Notes under the pieces: generated by a model
Told to the model about the DNA's origin: nothing
Seen by the model: the letters and a program-made list of their open reading frames with translations, nothing else
Databases searched by the model: none
Assembly (NCBI GenBank): GCA_031459655.1
Contig: JAVKID010000001.1
Coordinates: 893-64,892 of the forward strand
Source of the DNA: Candidatus Fervidifonticultor octavus
Lineage (GTDB): Bacteria; Sysuimicrobiota; Sysuimicrobiia; Sysuimicrobiales; Humicultoraceae
Length of the DNA: 64,000 nt
Direction of reading: 5' to 3'
In this document: one piece after another, positions 9,572-19,093 of the stretch
Layout of the letters: the number at the start of each line of letters is the position of its first letter
Position numbering within the stretch: position 1 is the first letter of the stretch
Position numbers and translations under genes: made by a program

Positions 9572-9596
9572 CGTAGGTAGCCGGCGGGGGGCTGTC

Positions 9597-11864
9597 ATGG
9601 ACCGTCACTTCAGGATTGCGGGCTGGGATCCGTCGCTGTGGGCCAGCCGCAGGCCGCTGGGCATCGGCGAGGGCCGGCCCAACAACTATGCGGAAATCTG
9701 GAGGGCCATCTGGGAGAACCGGGACCAGATCCCCTTCGCCTGGCGGATCCTCACCCGGGGGGTCTGTGACGGGTGCGCGCTGGGGACCGCCGGGATGCGG
9801 GACTGGACTCTGGACGGCAACCACCTGTGCAACATCCGGCTGCGCCTGCTGCGCCTGAACACGATGCCCGCGCTGGACGCCCGGCTGCTGGCGGATGTCT
9901 CGGCCCAGGGCGGCAGGCGCAACGAGGACCTGCGCGCGCTGGGCCGGCTGCCCTACCCCCTGGTGCGCCGCCGGGGAGAGGCCGGCTTCCGCCGCATCAC
10001 GTGGGACGACGCCCTCGACCTCATCGCGGGCCGCATCCGCGACGCCCTGGCGCGGCCTGAGGGGTCCCGGCGCATCGGCTTCTACCTGACCAGCCGCGGC
10101 ATGGCCAACGAAGCCTACTACGCGGCGCAGAAGGCCGTCCGCGCCATCGGGACCAACTCCATCGACAACGCCGCGCGCGTCTGCCACGCGCCGAGCACGT
10201 ACGCGTTGAAACAGGCCCTCGGCGTGGCGGCCAGCACGTGTTCCTATGTGGACTGGATCGGCTCCGACCTGGTGGTTTTCATCGGGTCCAACGTTGCCGG
10301 CAACCAGCCGGTCGCCGTGAAGTACCTGTACTACGCCAAGAAGGCCGGCACGAAGGTCGTTACCATCAACAGCTACCGCGAGCCGGGGATGGAGCGCTTC
10401 TGGGTCCCCTCGATCCCCGAGAGCGCGCTGTTCGGCACGAAGATCACCGACCGGTTCTTCCTCGTCAATGTCGGCGGGGACATCGCGTTCCTCAACGGAA
10501 CGCTGAAGGCAATGATCGAACGAGGGTGGGTGGACGACGCGTTCATCGAGGCGCACACGGCTGGCTTCGAGGAGCTGCGGGCCGCGCTGGCGGCCCAACC
10601 GTGGGACGCGCTGGAGCGCCACAGCGGCGTCGGCCGCGCCGAGATGCTGGAGTTCGCGAGGATGGTCGGCGAGGCCCGGACCGCCGTGTTCGTCTGGTCG
10701 ATGGGCATCACGCAGCACGCGTTCGGGGAGAACAACGTCCGCGCCATCGTGAACCTGGCGCTGGCGCGCGGCTTCATAGGGCGCGCTCGGTGCGGTCTGA
10801 TGCCGATCCGCGGACACTCCGGCGTGCAGGGCGGGGCCGAGATGGGCGCCTACGCCACCGCCTTTCCCGGCGGGCTTTCGATCACCCCCGAGCACGCGCG
10901 GCGGTTCGCCGACCTGTGGGGCTTTCCGGTCCCGGACCGCCCCGGCCTGACGGCGCCCGAGATGATGGACGCGGCCGCCGACGGCCGGCTGGACGTGCTC
11001 TTCTCGGCGGGCGGGAACTTCCTGGAGGTGCTGCCCGATGCGGCCTTCGTCCGGGAGGCGCTGTGTCGCATCCCACTGCGGGTCCACATGGATATCGTCC
11101 TGACCCGGCAGATGCTGCTGGAACCCGCAGACCTGGTCGTGCTGCTCCCGGCGGCCACGCGGTACGAGACGCCCGGCGGCGTGACCCAGACCAGCACCGA
11201 GCGGCGGATCATCTATAGCCCCGAGATCCCGGGACGGCGCATCGGCGAAGCCCGGCCCGAGTGGGAGGTCTTCATGGATCTGGCGCGGCGGGTCCGGCCG
11301 CAGTGGGCCGACCGCCTGCGGTTCGACGGCACCGCGGCGATTCGCCAGGAGATCGCCCGCGCGGTGCCGTTCTACGACGGCATCCAGTACCTCAAGCGGG
11401 CCGGGGATCAGGTCCAGTACGGTGGGCCGCACCTGTGCGCGGGGTGGATGTTCCCGACCCCGGACGGCCGGGCGCACTTCACCGCCGTGCCGCTCCCGGA
11501 CGCCGGGGTGCCCGAAGGGATGTTTCTGGTGGCCACGCGCCGGGGCAAGCAGTTCAACAGCATGGTGCACGAGACGCGTGACGCGCTGACCGGCGCGGCG
11601 CGCGAGGCGGTGCTCATCAGCCGCCAGGACGCCGAACGTCTGGGGCTGCGCGATGGCGACCCGGTGGTGCTGCGCAGCGCCACCGGCGAGTTCCGCGGCC
11701 GGGCCTGCGTGGCGCCGGTCAAGCCCGGGACGCTGGAGGTGCACTGGCCGGAGGGCAATGTGCTCATCGACCGCCGGCGGCGGTCACCGGAGGCGGGGAT
11801 TCCGGACTACAACGCCGTGGTGCGGCTGGAGGTCCCGGCCGCCGCCGGTCCCGCGGGAGGCTGA
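9597..11864 (+). CDS. FdhF/YdeP-family molybdopterin oxidoreductase (formate-dehydrogenase-like)
   Basis: N-terminal Cys cluster (CDGCALGTAG...C), molybdopterin oxidoreductase domains, and a C-terminal molybdopterin dinucleotide-binding region. Followed directly by fdhD. Confidence 0.8.
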   Translation: MDRHFRIAGWDPSLWASRRPLGIGEGRPNNYAEIWRAIWENRDQIPFAWRILTRGVCDGCALGTAGMRDWTLDGNHLCNIRLRLLRLNTMPALDARLLADVSAQGGRRNEDLRALGRLPYPLVRRRGEAGFRRITWDDALDLIAGRIRDALARPEGSRRIGFYLTSRGMANEAYYAAQKAVRAIGTNSIDNAARVCHAPSTYALKQALGVAASTCSYVDWIGSDLVVFIGSNVAGNQPVAVKYLYYAKKAGTKVVTINSYREPGMERFWVPSIPESALFGTKITDRFFLVNVGGDIAFLNGTLKAMIERGWVDDAFIEAHTAGFEELRAALAAQPWDALERHSGVGRAEMLEFARMVGEARTAVFVWSMGITQHAFGENNVRAIVNLALARGFIGRARCGLMPIRGHSGVQGGAEMGAYATAFPGGLSITPEHARRFADLWGFPVPDRPGLTAPEMMDAAADGRLDVLFSAGGNFLEVLPDAAFVREALCRIPLRVHMDIVLTRQMLLEPADLVVLLPAATRYETPGGVTQTSTERRIIYSPEIPGRRIGEARPEWEVFMDLARRVRPQWADRLRFDGTAAIRQEIARAVPFYDGIQYLKRAGDQVQYGGPHLCAGWMFPTPDGRAHFTAVPLPDAGVPEGMFLVATRRGKQFNSMVHETRDALTGAAREAVLISRQDAERLGLRDGDPVVLRSATGEFRGRACVAPVKPGTLEVHWPEGNVLIDRRRRSPEAGIPDYNAVVRLEVPAAAGPAGG

Positions 11865-11865
11865 G

Positions 11866-12765
11866 ATGCGCCCCCGTCCGGGCAGCAAGACGCGCGCGCA
11901 GGTCCTGGTGGTAAGTGACGGGCGTCTCGCGCCCCACCCCGACCAGGTGGCCACCGAGGAACCCATGGAGATCCGCGTCGCGGCGGGGCCGGGCGGGGAC
12001 GCCGGCCGACGGACGGTCGCGGTCACGATGCGGACCCCGGGCGCCGACTTCGAACTGGCCGCCGGATTCCTCTTCAGCGAAGGCCTCCTCCGGTCGCGAG
12101 ACGAGATCCGGCGGATCAGCTACTGTACCGATCCCGCCGTCGGCCCGGACCAGCGGTACAACGTGGTGACGGTCGAACTGGCCGGTACAGCCCTTCCGGA
12201 CCTGGCGCCGCTGGAACGACACTTCTTCACCTCCAGCGCCTGCGGGGTGTGCGGCAAGGCCGGCATCGAGGCGCTCCGCGTGCGCGGCTGCAGGCCGGTG
12301 GCCTCCGGTCCGGCGGTCGAGGCCCGCGTGCTGGCAGGGTTGCCCGAGACACTCCGGGCGGCCCAGAGGGGCTTCCGGGCGACCGGCGGCCTGCACGCCG
12401 CCGCCCTCTTCGATGCCAAGGGCACCCTAGTGATGGCGAAGGAAGACGTGGGCCGGCACAACGCGATGGACAAACTCGTGGGCTGGGCCCTCCTGGAGGG
12501 CCGGGTGCCGCTGGACGATCATCTCGTCCTGGTCAGCGGGCGGGCCAGTTTCGAACTGGTGCAGAAGAGCCTCGCCGCGGGCATTCCCGTCTTCTGCGCG
12601 GTCTCGGCACCCACCAGCCTGGCGGTGGGCCTGGCACGGGACTTCGGGATGACGCTCGTGGGCTTCCTCCGGGGAAGCCGGTTCAACGTCTACGCAGGGG
12701 TCGAGCGGGTCGTGGCCGGCGTTCCGCGCACGGTGGCGCCCGCGCGCCGGGCGGGCTCTGGCTGA
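11866..12765 (+). CDS. fdhD: Formate dehydrogenase accessory sulfurtransferase FdhD
   Basis: Conserved SACGVCG cysteine motif and GGLHAAALF. Start at MRPRPGSK (ATG 11866), 1 nt after the YdeP stop. Confidence 0.8.
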   Translation: MRPRPGSKTRAQVLVVSDGRLAPHPDQVATEEPMEIRVAAGPGGDAGRRTVAVTMRTPGADFELAAGFLFSEGLLRSRDEIRRISYCTDPAVGPDQRYNVVTVELAGTALPDLAPLERHFFTSSACGVCGKAGIEALRVRGCRPVASGPAVEARVLAGLPETLRAAQRGFRATGGLHAAALFDAKGTLVMAKEDVGRHNAMDKLVGWALLEGRVPLDDHLVLVSGRASFELVQKSLAAGIPVFCAVSAPTSLAVGLARDFGMTLVGFLRGSRFNVYAGVERVVAGVPRTVAPARRAGSG

Positions 12766-12771
12766 GACCGG

Positions 12772-13689
12772 CTACGCCGCGGGATCGGGGAGCAGGGCCG
12801 CCGTCGGGCTGGTGAGCTGATCGGCGCCGGCTTCCAGCAGCGCGAGCAGCACGCCCCTGACGTCCGGGGCGTCCGCGTCCAGCGTCCACACGTCCACGAC
12901 GGCGCCTGGCAGGTGCTCGTGGATGAACCGGATGGGGTTGAACCCGTCGCCCAGAGCCTGGAGCACGAACTCCCTGCGCAGGTAGAACTCGCTCGCCCCG
13001 CCGACCTGGGTCAGCAGCACCTCCATGCGGTCTTCCAGGTAGGCCGCCGGGGGGAGCAGCCTCCGGTAGCCCAGCGGGTGGTCGTCGAGGTAGCCGTAGG
13101 CGTTGACGCGCAGCGGCAGGCGGATCGGTCCGTCGTCGGGGGCGTCGAGGTAGAGGGCGAAGTCAACGCCCACCGCCAGGGTGGCGTCCAGCCGCCGCAG
13201 GGCCCGCAGGTTCCAGTCGGCCTCGCAGCCGACCACCACCCGCACGGGCGTGGAGCGTCGAAGCGGGGCCAGCGCATCCAGCAGGCGCGCGGCCGCCTGG
13301 GGGGCCACCGGCGCGTGCTCCTTGAGGTCCACCTGAACCTTTAACGGGCGCCGCACCTCCCGCAGGATGTCGACCGCCTCGGCCAGCGTCGCCGGCGCCT
13401 CGTCCGTCCCCCGCAGGCGCAACGCCCGGAACTGGTCGGCCGTGATCTGCCGCAGCGGGCCGACCCCGTTCGTCTCCCGCTCGAGGGTGGCGTCGTGGAG
13501 GAGGACGTAGTGGTCGTCGCCGGTGAGGCCCACGTCGAACTCGATGACCTCCGCCCCATCGGCGAGGACTTGGCGCAGGGCCGAGAGGGAATTGGGCGGA
13601 CGGCTGTGCATACCGCCCAGCAGCCTGTGGTACTTCAGGAGGACCTTCCGGCCGCGGTGGACCAAGGAGGTCCGGGGACGCTCGTTCAC
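12772..13689 (-). CDS. Glycerophosphodiester phosphodiesterase family protein (GDPD); start uncertain, a GTG at 13689 is proposed
   Basis: GDPD core: HRG-like ...HRLLGGMHSRPPNSL, EFDV, VLLHD, ETNG. The listed 736-aa ORF is an artefact running antisense to the SBP gene. Confidence 0.55.
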   Translation of the reverse strand: MNERPRTSLVHRGRKVLLKYHRLLGGMHSRPPNSLSALRQVLADGAEVIEFDVGLTGDDHYVLLHDATLERETNGVGPLRQITADQFRALRLRGTDEAPATLAEAVDILREVRRPLKVQVDLKEHAPVAPQAAARLLDALAPLRRSTPVRVVVGCEADWNLRALRRLDATLAVGVDFALYLDAPDDGPIRLPLRVNAYGYLDDHPLGYRRLLPPAAYLEDRMEVLLTQVGGASEFYLRREFVLQALGDGFNPIRFIHEHLPGAVVDVWTLDADAPDVRGVLLALLEAGADQLTSPTAALLPDPAA

Positions 13690-13860
13690 CTCGTGCCCCT
13701 GCCCTTTCCGACGGCGGACCCCACGCCCTGTACTTACGTTCCGGATCGTCCCCATCCTCCGACGGACGGCCCGCCGGGCGCGGCGGGCCGGACCGCGTTC
13801 TCTGCTAGAATGGGGGCAGGTGGATCCGAGACGCTGGCCGACTGCAGAGGGGTGAGAGGC

Positions 13861-15231
13861 ATGGACAGATCCGGCAGGTCCTGGAAGGCGGCTGGTGCGG
13901 CCGCGCTCGCCGCGTCCCTGATCGTGGGCGCCGGTCCCCTGGTCACAGGAGGGCCCGCCAAGCGTGTGGTGGTCATCCGCGCCGCTGTCCGGGCGGATGC
14001 CAGCGGTCCCGACCGGGCCATCAACCTCAAGCGGGCTGTGGACCGCCTGAACCCCAAACTCACCGACGTGGCCATCCAACTCCAGATCGAGGAACCTCCC
14101 ACGCCGACCTGGGCGGACGAGACGGCGCGGCTGATGCGCGCGTTTGCCGCCGGCGAGGGCCCGGACATCTACACGATCGCCCATCCATTCCTCGGTCAGT
14201 TCGCCAAGGCCGGACACGCGCTGATCCTGGATACCCTGATCAAGCAGTACCCCGACACCTACAACGACTTCTATCCTTCGCTGTGGAACTCGGTGCGCTT
14301 CCGCGGCAGCATTTACGCCATCCCACAGGACACCGAGGCGCGCATGGTCTACTTCCGCCTGGACCGGCTCAGGCAGTTCGGCTGGTCGGACGCGCAGATC
14401 AGGGCGCTGCCCGAGCGCGTCAGGCGCGGCGAGTTCACCCTGCGGGACATGGCGGAGCTGGCGCAGCAGGTCAAGGACCGTGGCATCGTCGAGTGGGGGT
14501 TCATGCACCGCCCGGTGCGCGGGCCCGACTACTACCAGTTGATCATGGCGTTCGGCGGCCGCCTGCAGGACCCTCGATCCGGGAAACTCGTGCTCTCCAA
14601 GTCGGCGACACTGGAGTTCCTGAAGTTCCTCCATGACCTGGTCTACCGGTACCGGGTGACGCCCGCCAGCATGACCAACATGACGTGGCGCTCGATCCTC
14701 GGGGGATTTGCGGCCGAGGGCAAGCTGCTCTTCTGGTTGGGCGGCATCTGGCAGAGCGGCGAGTTCATCAAGGACTACGGCGTGCCGGCCGGTGAGTTCT
14801 TCACCCGGATCGACTGGATGCTCATCCCCCCCGGGACCAAGGGCGGCCGGCCGGTCACGCTGTCCCATCCCATCATCTATGTCGTGAGCGCCCGCAGCCG
14901 GGAGAAGGAACTGGCCTTCCGCATCGTTACCGAGGCGTCGGCGGCCGACCTCAACGCGATCCACAACGTCAACAGCGTGCACCTGGCCATCCGGAAGGCC
15001 GTGGTGGACATCCCCGAGTACAAGAACAACCCGTGGCTGAGCCGGGCGACGGCGCTATTGGAGTACACGACCTTCCTCCCGCTGCACGAGGACTTCGGCA
15101 AGTATGACCAGATCATCTACGAGGCGATCCAGGCAGTCGAGTTCAACCGACTGTCCCCGGAGGCCGCATTGCAGTTCGTCGAGACCCAGCTGCGGTCGCA
15201 GTTGGGCAACCAGCTGATCGTGCAGGACTGA
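13861..15231 (+). CDS. ABC transporter substrate-binding protein (family 1; UgpB/sugar-glycerophosphodiester type)
   Basis: Signal peptide MDRSGRSWKAAGAAALAASLIVGAGP, then an SBP_bac_1-like fold. Start at ATG 13861, preceded by a GAGGGG Shine-Dalgarno; TAGAAT -10-like at about 13806. Confidence 0.75.
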   Translation: MDRSGRSWKAAGAAALAASLIVGAGPLVTGGPAKRVVVIRAAVRADASGPDRAINLKRAVDRLNPKLTDVAIQLQIEEPPTPTWADETARLMRAFAAGEGPDIYTIAHPFLGQFAKAGHALILDTLIKQYPDTYNDFYPSLWNSVRFRGSIYAIPQDTEARMVYFRLDRLRQFGWSDAQIRALPERVRRGEFTLRDMAELAQQVKDRGIVEWGFMHRPVRGPDYYQLIMAFGGRLQDPRSGKLVLSKSATLEFLKFLHDLVYRYRVTPASMTNMTWRSILGGFAAEGKLLFWLGGIWQSGEFIKDYGVPAGEFFTRIDWMLIPPGTKGGRPVTLSHPIIYVVSARSREKELAFRIVTEASAADLNAIHNVNSVHLAIRKAVVDIPEYKNNPWLSRATALLEYTTFLPLHEDFGKYDQIIYEAIQAVEFNRLSPEAALQFVETQLRSQLGNQLIVQD

Positions 15232-15319
15232 GCCCTGTTCGATCGAGGCGTGGGGATCTGAGAGCACCGGGACGGCCCGATCGCAGCGGTCGGGCCGTCC
15301 CGGCTGTGGGGCTGACGCG

Positions 15320-16255
15320 ATGCAGGAGGCCACAGTGCTCCGGGAGGCGGCACGAGGGCCACGGCGGCCCGCTCGGGGCGCCGCGCTGCTCGTGCTGTTT
15401 CTCGGCCCCTTCATCTTGCTCACCGTCACGTTCTTCGTGGCCCCGGCGATCATCACGGCGGTGCTGGGGCTGACCGACCTCGACGAGACGTTCCAGGGTT
15501 CCTTCGTGGGCCTGCAGAACTTCCGGGGCTTCCTGGTCGACCCGCTCCTGCCGCGGGTGCTGTTGAACACGCTGGTCTACGTCGTCTTCACCCTCGGCTT
15601 CAACGTCGGGATGGGGTTGCTGCTGGCGCTGCTGACCACCTACCTGCCCGACCGCGCCGGGACGACCTTCCGGGCCATCTGGCTGCTGCCCCGGCTGACC
15701 CCGGTGGTCGTCTACGGGTTGCTGTGGCTGTGGTTCATCGACCCCACCCCCTACGGCCTCTTCAACGCCGTGCGCACCCGGCTGGGGGTGCCGCCGCTGG
15801 ACCTCATTTCGTGGTCGCCGTGGCTGGTGATCGTGCTGGTCAACGGCCTGATCGGCGCGTCCCTGGGCATGGTGATCTTCACTTCGGCCATCCGGTCGAT
15901 CCCGGAGGACTACATTCGGGCCGCCCGGGTCGACGGCGCCTCCAACCTGGCCGTCGTCAGGCACATCATCCTGCCGCTGATCCGCTGGCCGCTGACGTTC
16001 GTCCTGGTCGCCCAGACGCTGGCACTGCTCACCTCCTACGAGTACATCCTGGTGGTGACCGGGGGCGGGCCGTTCTACGACAGCACCGTCTACGCCCTCT
16101 ACGTGTTCCGCCGGGCCATCCAGAACGGCGACTATGGGTATGGCGCCGCGCTTGCCTTCGTCCTGGTGGTCGTGGGCGCCCTCGCAGCGCTGGTGTACTG
16201 GCGGGTGCTGCGGTTTGGCCGGATGATCACCGAACCGAAGATCGAGGTGGATTGA
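15320..16255 (+). CDS. Carbohydrate ABC transporter permease (UgpA/MalF-like)
   Basis: 6-TM BPD_transp_1 permease with the EAA-like loop (IRAARVDGASNLAVVRHIILP). Confidence 0.8.
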   Translation: MQEATVLREAARGPRRPARGAALLVLFLGPFILLTVTFFVAPAIITAVLGLTDLDETFQGSFVGLQNFRGFLVDPLLPRVLLNTLVYVVFTLGFNVGMGLLLALLTTYLPDRAGTTFRAIWLLPRLTPVVVYGLLWLWFIDPTPYGLFNAVRTRLGVPPLDLISWSPWLVIVLVNGLIGASLGMVIFTSAIRSIPEDYIRAARVDGASNLAVVRHIILPLIRWPLTFVLVAQTLALLTSYEYILVVTGGGPFYDSTVYALYVFRRAIQNGDYGYGAALAFVLVVVGALAALVYWRVLRFGRMITEPKIEVD

Positions 16256-17178
16256 TGGCGCAGACGGCCGCGGCCCTGCGGCCGTGGCGGACCGCGGCGG
16301 AGGTAGCAAGACGGGCGCAGCGGGCCCGCCGGCGCGAGACCGTCGGGCGGCTGTCCCTGTACGCCGTCCTCGGCGTGCTCTCGCTGCCGCTGCTCCTGCC
16401 CTACATGTGGCTGGTGGCCGCAGCCTTCAGCAAGAACGTCAGTTACGGATTGATCCCCAGCGGGTTCACCCTGGAGAACTGGCGCTTTCTCTGGGTGCGG
16501 AACCTGGGGTTGGTCACCGGGACGGAAGGACGCCTCCCCAACATCTGGCAGGTGGTGGGCAACTCGCTGGCGCTGGCCGTGGGGACCACGCTGGTCATCG
16601 TCGTCGTGGCCACGCTGGCTGGCTACTACGCCTCCCGGCGCAGCTTCCCCCACCGGACCGCGTTCCTCCAGGCAGCGCTCATGCTGCAGGCATTCCCCAG
16701 CATCACGCTGCTGGTGGCGCTGTTCATCCTGCTGCGGTCGCTGAACCTGCTCAACTCCATGACCGGCGTTGTGCTGGTGATCGCCTCCCTGCACCTGCCT
16801 TTCGCCCTGTTCGTCATGAAGGGGTTCTTCGACGGCATCCCGTGGGACATCGAGATGTCGGCGATGATTGACGGGGCCAGCCGGCTGCGGACATGGTATG
16901 CGGTCCTGCTGCCTCAGGTCCGCAACGGCATCGCGGCGATCGCCATGTTCTCGTTCCTGTGGGGCTGGACCGACTACGTGTTCGTGTTGACCTTCATCCT
17001 GAAGCGCAGCGCCTGGACGATGGCGCTGTACCTGAGCTCGGTGATCGGGGAGTACCGCTTCGTGGACTACGGCGTCATGGCGGCGGTGGGGGTCTTCTAC
17101 ATGATTCCCAGCCTGGTCTTCTTTGTGTTCACCCAGCAGTACCTGATGCAGATCACCCTGGGCGGGACCAAGGGGTAG
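16255..17178 (+). CDS. Carbohydrate ABC transporter permease (UgpE/MalG-like)
   Basis: Start MAQTAAAL at ATG 16255, overlapping the upstream TGA. Permease signature DGASRLRTWYAVLLP. Confidence 0.8.
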   Translation: MAQTAAALRPWRTAAEVARRAQRARRRETVGRLSLYAVLGVLSLPLLLPYMWLVAAAFSKNVSYGLIPSGFTLENWRFLWVRNLGLVTGTEGRLPNIWQVVGNSLALAVGTTLVIVVVATLAGYYASRRSFPHRTAFLQAALMLQAFPSITLLVALFILLRSLNLLNSMTGVVLVIASLHLPFALFVMKGFFDGIPWDIEMSAMIDGASRLRTWYAVLLPQVRNGIAAIAMFSFLWGWTDYVFVLTFILKRSAWTMALYLSSVIGEYRFVDYGVMAAVGVFYMIPSLVFFVFTQQYLMQITLGGTKG

Positions 17179-17183
17179 AGGGG

Positions 17184-18272
17184 TTGGCGCGGATCGTCCT
17201 CGAGCATCTGGGCAAGCAGTTCGGCAGCGTCGCCGCGCTCCGGCATCTTGACCTGGAGGTCGCCCACGGCGAGTTCATGGCCCTGCTGGGGCCCAGCGGC
17301 TGCGGCAAGACCACGACCCTCCTGCTGCTGGCGGGGATCTACAGGCCGACGTCGGGGCAGATCCTCTTTGACGGGGTCGTGGTCAACGATCTCCCCCCGC
17401 AGGACCGTCATATCGGGATGGTCTTCCAGAGTTACGCCCTCTATCCCCACATGAACGTCTTCGAGAACATCGCGTTCCCGCTACGGCTGCTGCGGCGCCC
17501 GCCCGACGAAGTCCGGCGGCGCGTCGCGGAGGTCGCGGCCCTGGTGCAGATTGAGGGCCTGATGGACCGCAAGCCCTCCCAGCTCTCGGGCGGCCAGCAG
17601 CAGCGAGTGGCGCTGGCGCGGGCGCTGGTGAAAGAGCCGACCCTGCTGCTGCTGGACGAACCGCTGTCCAACCTGGATGCAAAACTCCGGGTGCTGATGC
17701 GCGCGGAAATCAAGCGGCTCCAGCGCCAGCTGGGGATCACGACCATCCTGGTGACCCACGACCAGGTCGAGGCGATGACGATGGCCGACCGCATCGCGCT
17801 GCTCAAGGACGGCCTGCTCCAACAGGTGGGCACGCCCGACGACCTGTACTACCGTCCCGCCAACACCTTTGTCGCCGGGTTCATCGGCAGCCCGCCGATG
17901 AACTTCATCCCAGCACGGATCGAGATGGCCGACGGTCGCGCGACGCTGGTGGGAGAGGGCCTGCACCTGGCCGCCCCCGACGCCCTGGTGCCTGTGCTGG
18001 CCTCCCGGCGAGGGAGCGAGGTGCTGGTCGGCCTGCGGCCCGAAGACATCCGCCTCTCGCCGGTGCCCGCGGAAGGCGCGCCACAGGCCCGCATCCTGGA
18101 CATCGAACCGCTCGGCCGCGAGATGGTCGTCGCGGTGACGGTGGGGCGGCAGATGATCGTCGCCCTGGCCGACCACGGGTTTGGGGGCCGGCATGACCAG
18201 CCGGTCTGGCTGACGGTGCCCACCGGGCGGCTCTACGTCTTCGACCCGGCCACCGACGCCCGCATCGCGTGA
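17184..18272 (+). CDS. ABC transporter ATP-binding protein (MalK/UgpC-like)
   Basis: Walker A GPSGCGKTT, signature LSGGQQQRVALARAL, Walker B LLLLDEPLSNLD, and a C-terminal TOBE-like regulatory domain. A TTG start is proposed at 17184. Confidence 0.75.
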   Translation: MARIVLEHLGKQFGSVAALRHLDLEVAHGEFMALLGPSGCGKTTTLLLLAGIYRPTSGQILFDGVVVNDLPPQDRHIGMVFQSYALYPHMNVFENIAFPLRLLRRPPDEVRRRVAEVAALVQIEGLMDRKPSQLSGGQQQRVALARALVKEPTLLLLDEPLSNLDAKLRVLMRAEIKRLQRQLGITTILVTHDQVEAMTMADRIALLKDGLLQQVGTPDDLYYRPANTFVAGFIGSPPMNFIPARIEMADGRATLVGEGLHLAAPDALVPVLASRRGSEVLVGLRPEDIRLSPVPAEGAPQARILDIEPLGREMVVAVTVGRQMIVALADHGFGGRHDQPVWLTVPTGRLYVFDPATDARIA

Positions 18273-19090
18273 GCGAGGGCTTCCGCGACGCTCTGCAGAG
18301 CGGGCGCGTCCTGATCGTGGCCCACCGCGGAGCGTCCGCCTACGCGCCCGAGAACACGCTGGCCGCGTTTGCGAAGGCCTGCGAGCTGGGGGTCGACGTC
18401 CTCGAACTCGACGTGCACCTGACCCGGGATGAGCAGGTCATCGTCATGCACGACGAGCGTGTCGACCGCACCACGGACGGGCGGGGGGAGATCCGCGGCA
18501 TGACGCTGGACGAGATCCGCTCGCTCGACGCCGGCGGCTGGTTCGGGCCGGCGTGGGCCGGGGAGCGCGTCCCGATGCTGCAGGAGGTGCTGGACCGATT
18601 CGCGGGCCGGGCGCTGATCGACGTGGAACTCAAGGCCGGGATTGCCGCAGACTGGCTTTGCGGCGTCGTGAGGGAAGACGCGGAGACGACCGTCCACCTG
18701 GCCCGCCGCGTGCTCGAGGTCGTCGAGCAGACCGGCGCGGCGCACCGCGTGGTCCTCTCGACCTTCGGGATGCATGCCCTGGCGTGGATTCGAAAGACGG
18801 CGCCTGGGGTCGCCACCCAATGGTCGGTCCTGTCCGGCGACCTGGCGCAGGATGCCGAGGCGGCCGCCGCGGCCGGCTTCGACGTGCTCTCGCCCCAGGA
18901 GTACGCGGCGACCGCGGCCAACGTTGCCAGGGCCCACGCCCACGGGCTGGCTGTCCACATCTTCACCCGGGGCGATGAGGAGGCCATGGCGCGTCTGGTC
19001 GACCTGGGCGTCGACGCGGTGAAGACTCCGCGGCCGGATCGCCTGCGGGTCGTGCTGGTCCGGCGGGGGCGCATGCCAGAGGGAGCGTGA
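18269..19090 (+). CDS. Glycerophosphodiester phosphodiesterase (UgpQ-like)
   Basis: Canonical GDPD motifs: VAHRGASAYAPENT, ELDVHLTRD, VMHDERVDRTTDG. GTG start overlapping the upstream TGA. Confidence 0.8.
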   Translation: MSEGFRDALQSGRVLIVAHRGASAYAPENTLAAFAKACELGVDVLELDVHLTRDEQVIVMHDERVDRTTDGRGEIRGMTLDEIRSLDAGGWFGPAWAGERVPMLQEVLDRFAGRALIDVELKAGIAADWLCGVVREDAETTVHLARRVLEVVEQTGAAHRVVLSTFGMHALAWIRKTAPGVATQWSVLSGDLAQDAEAAAAAGFDVLSPQEYAATAANVARAHAHGLAVHIFTRGDEEAMARLVDLGVDAVKTPRPDRLRVVLVRRGRMPEGA

Positions 19091-19093
19091 TCG

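Noticed and set aside
9396-11744. 782-aa minus-strand ORF
   Set aside because: It is antisense to the FdhF/YdeP gene and has the compositional bias of spurious high-GC ORFs.
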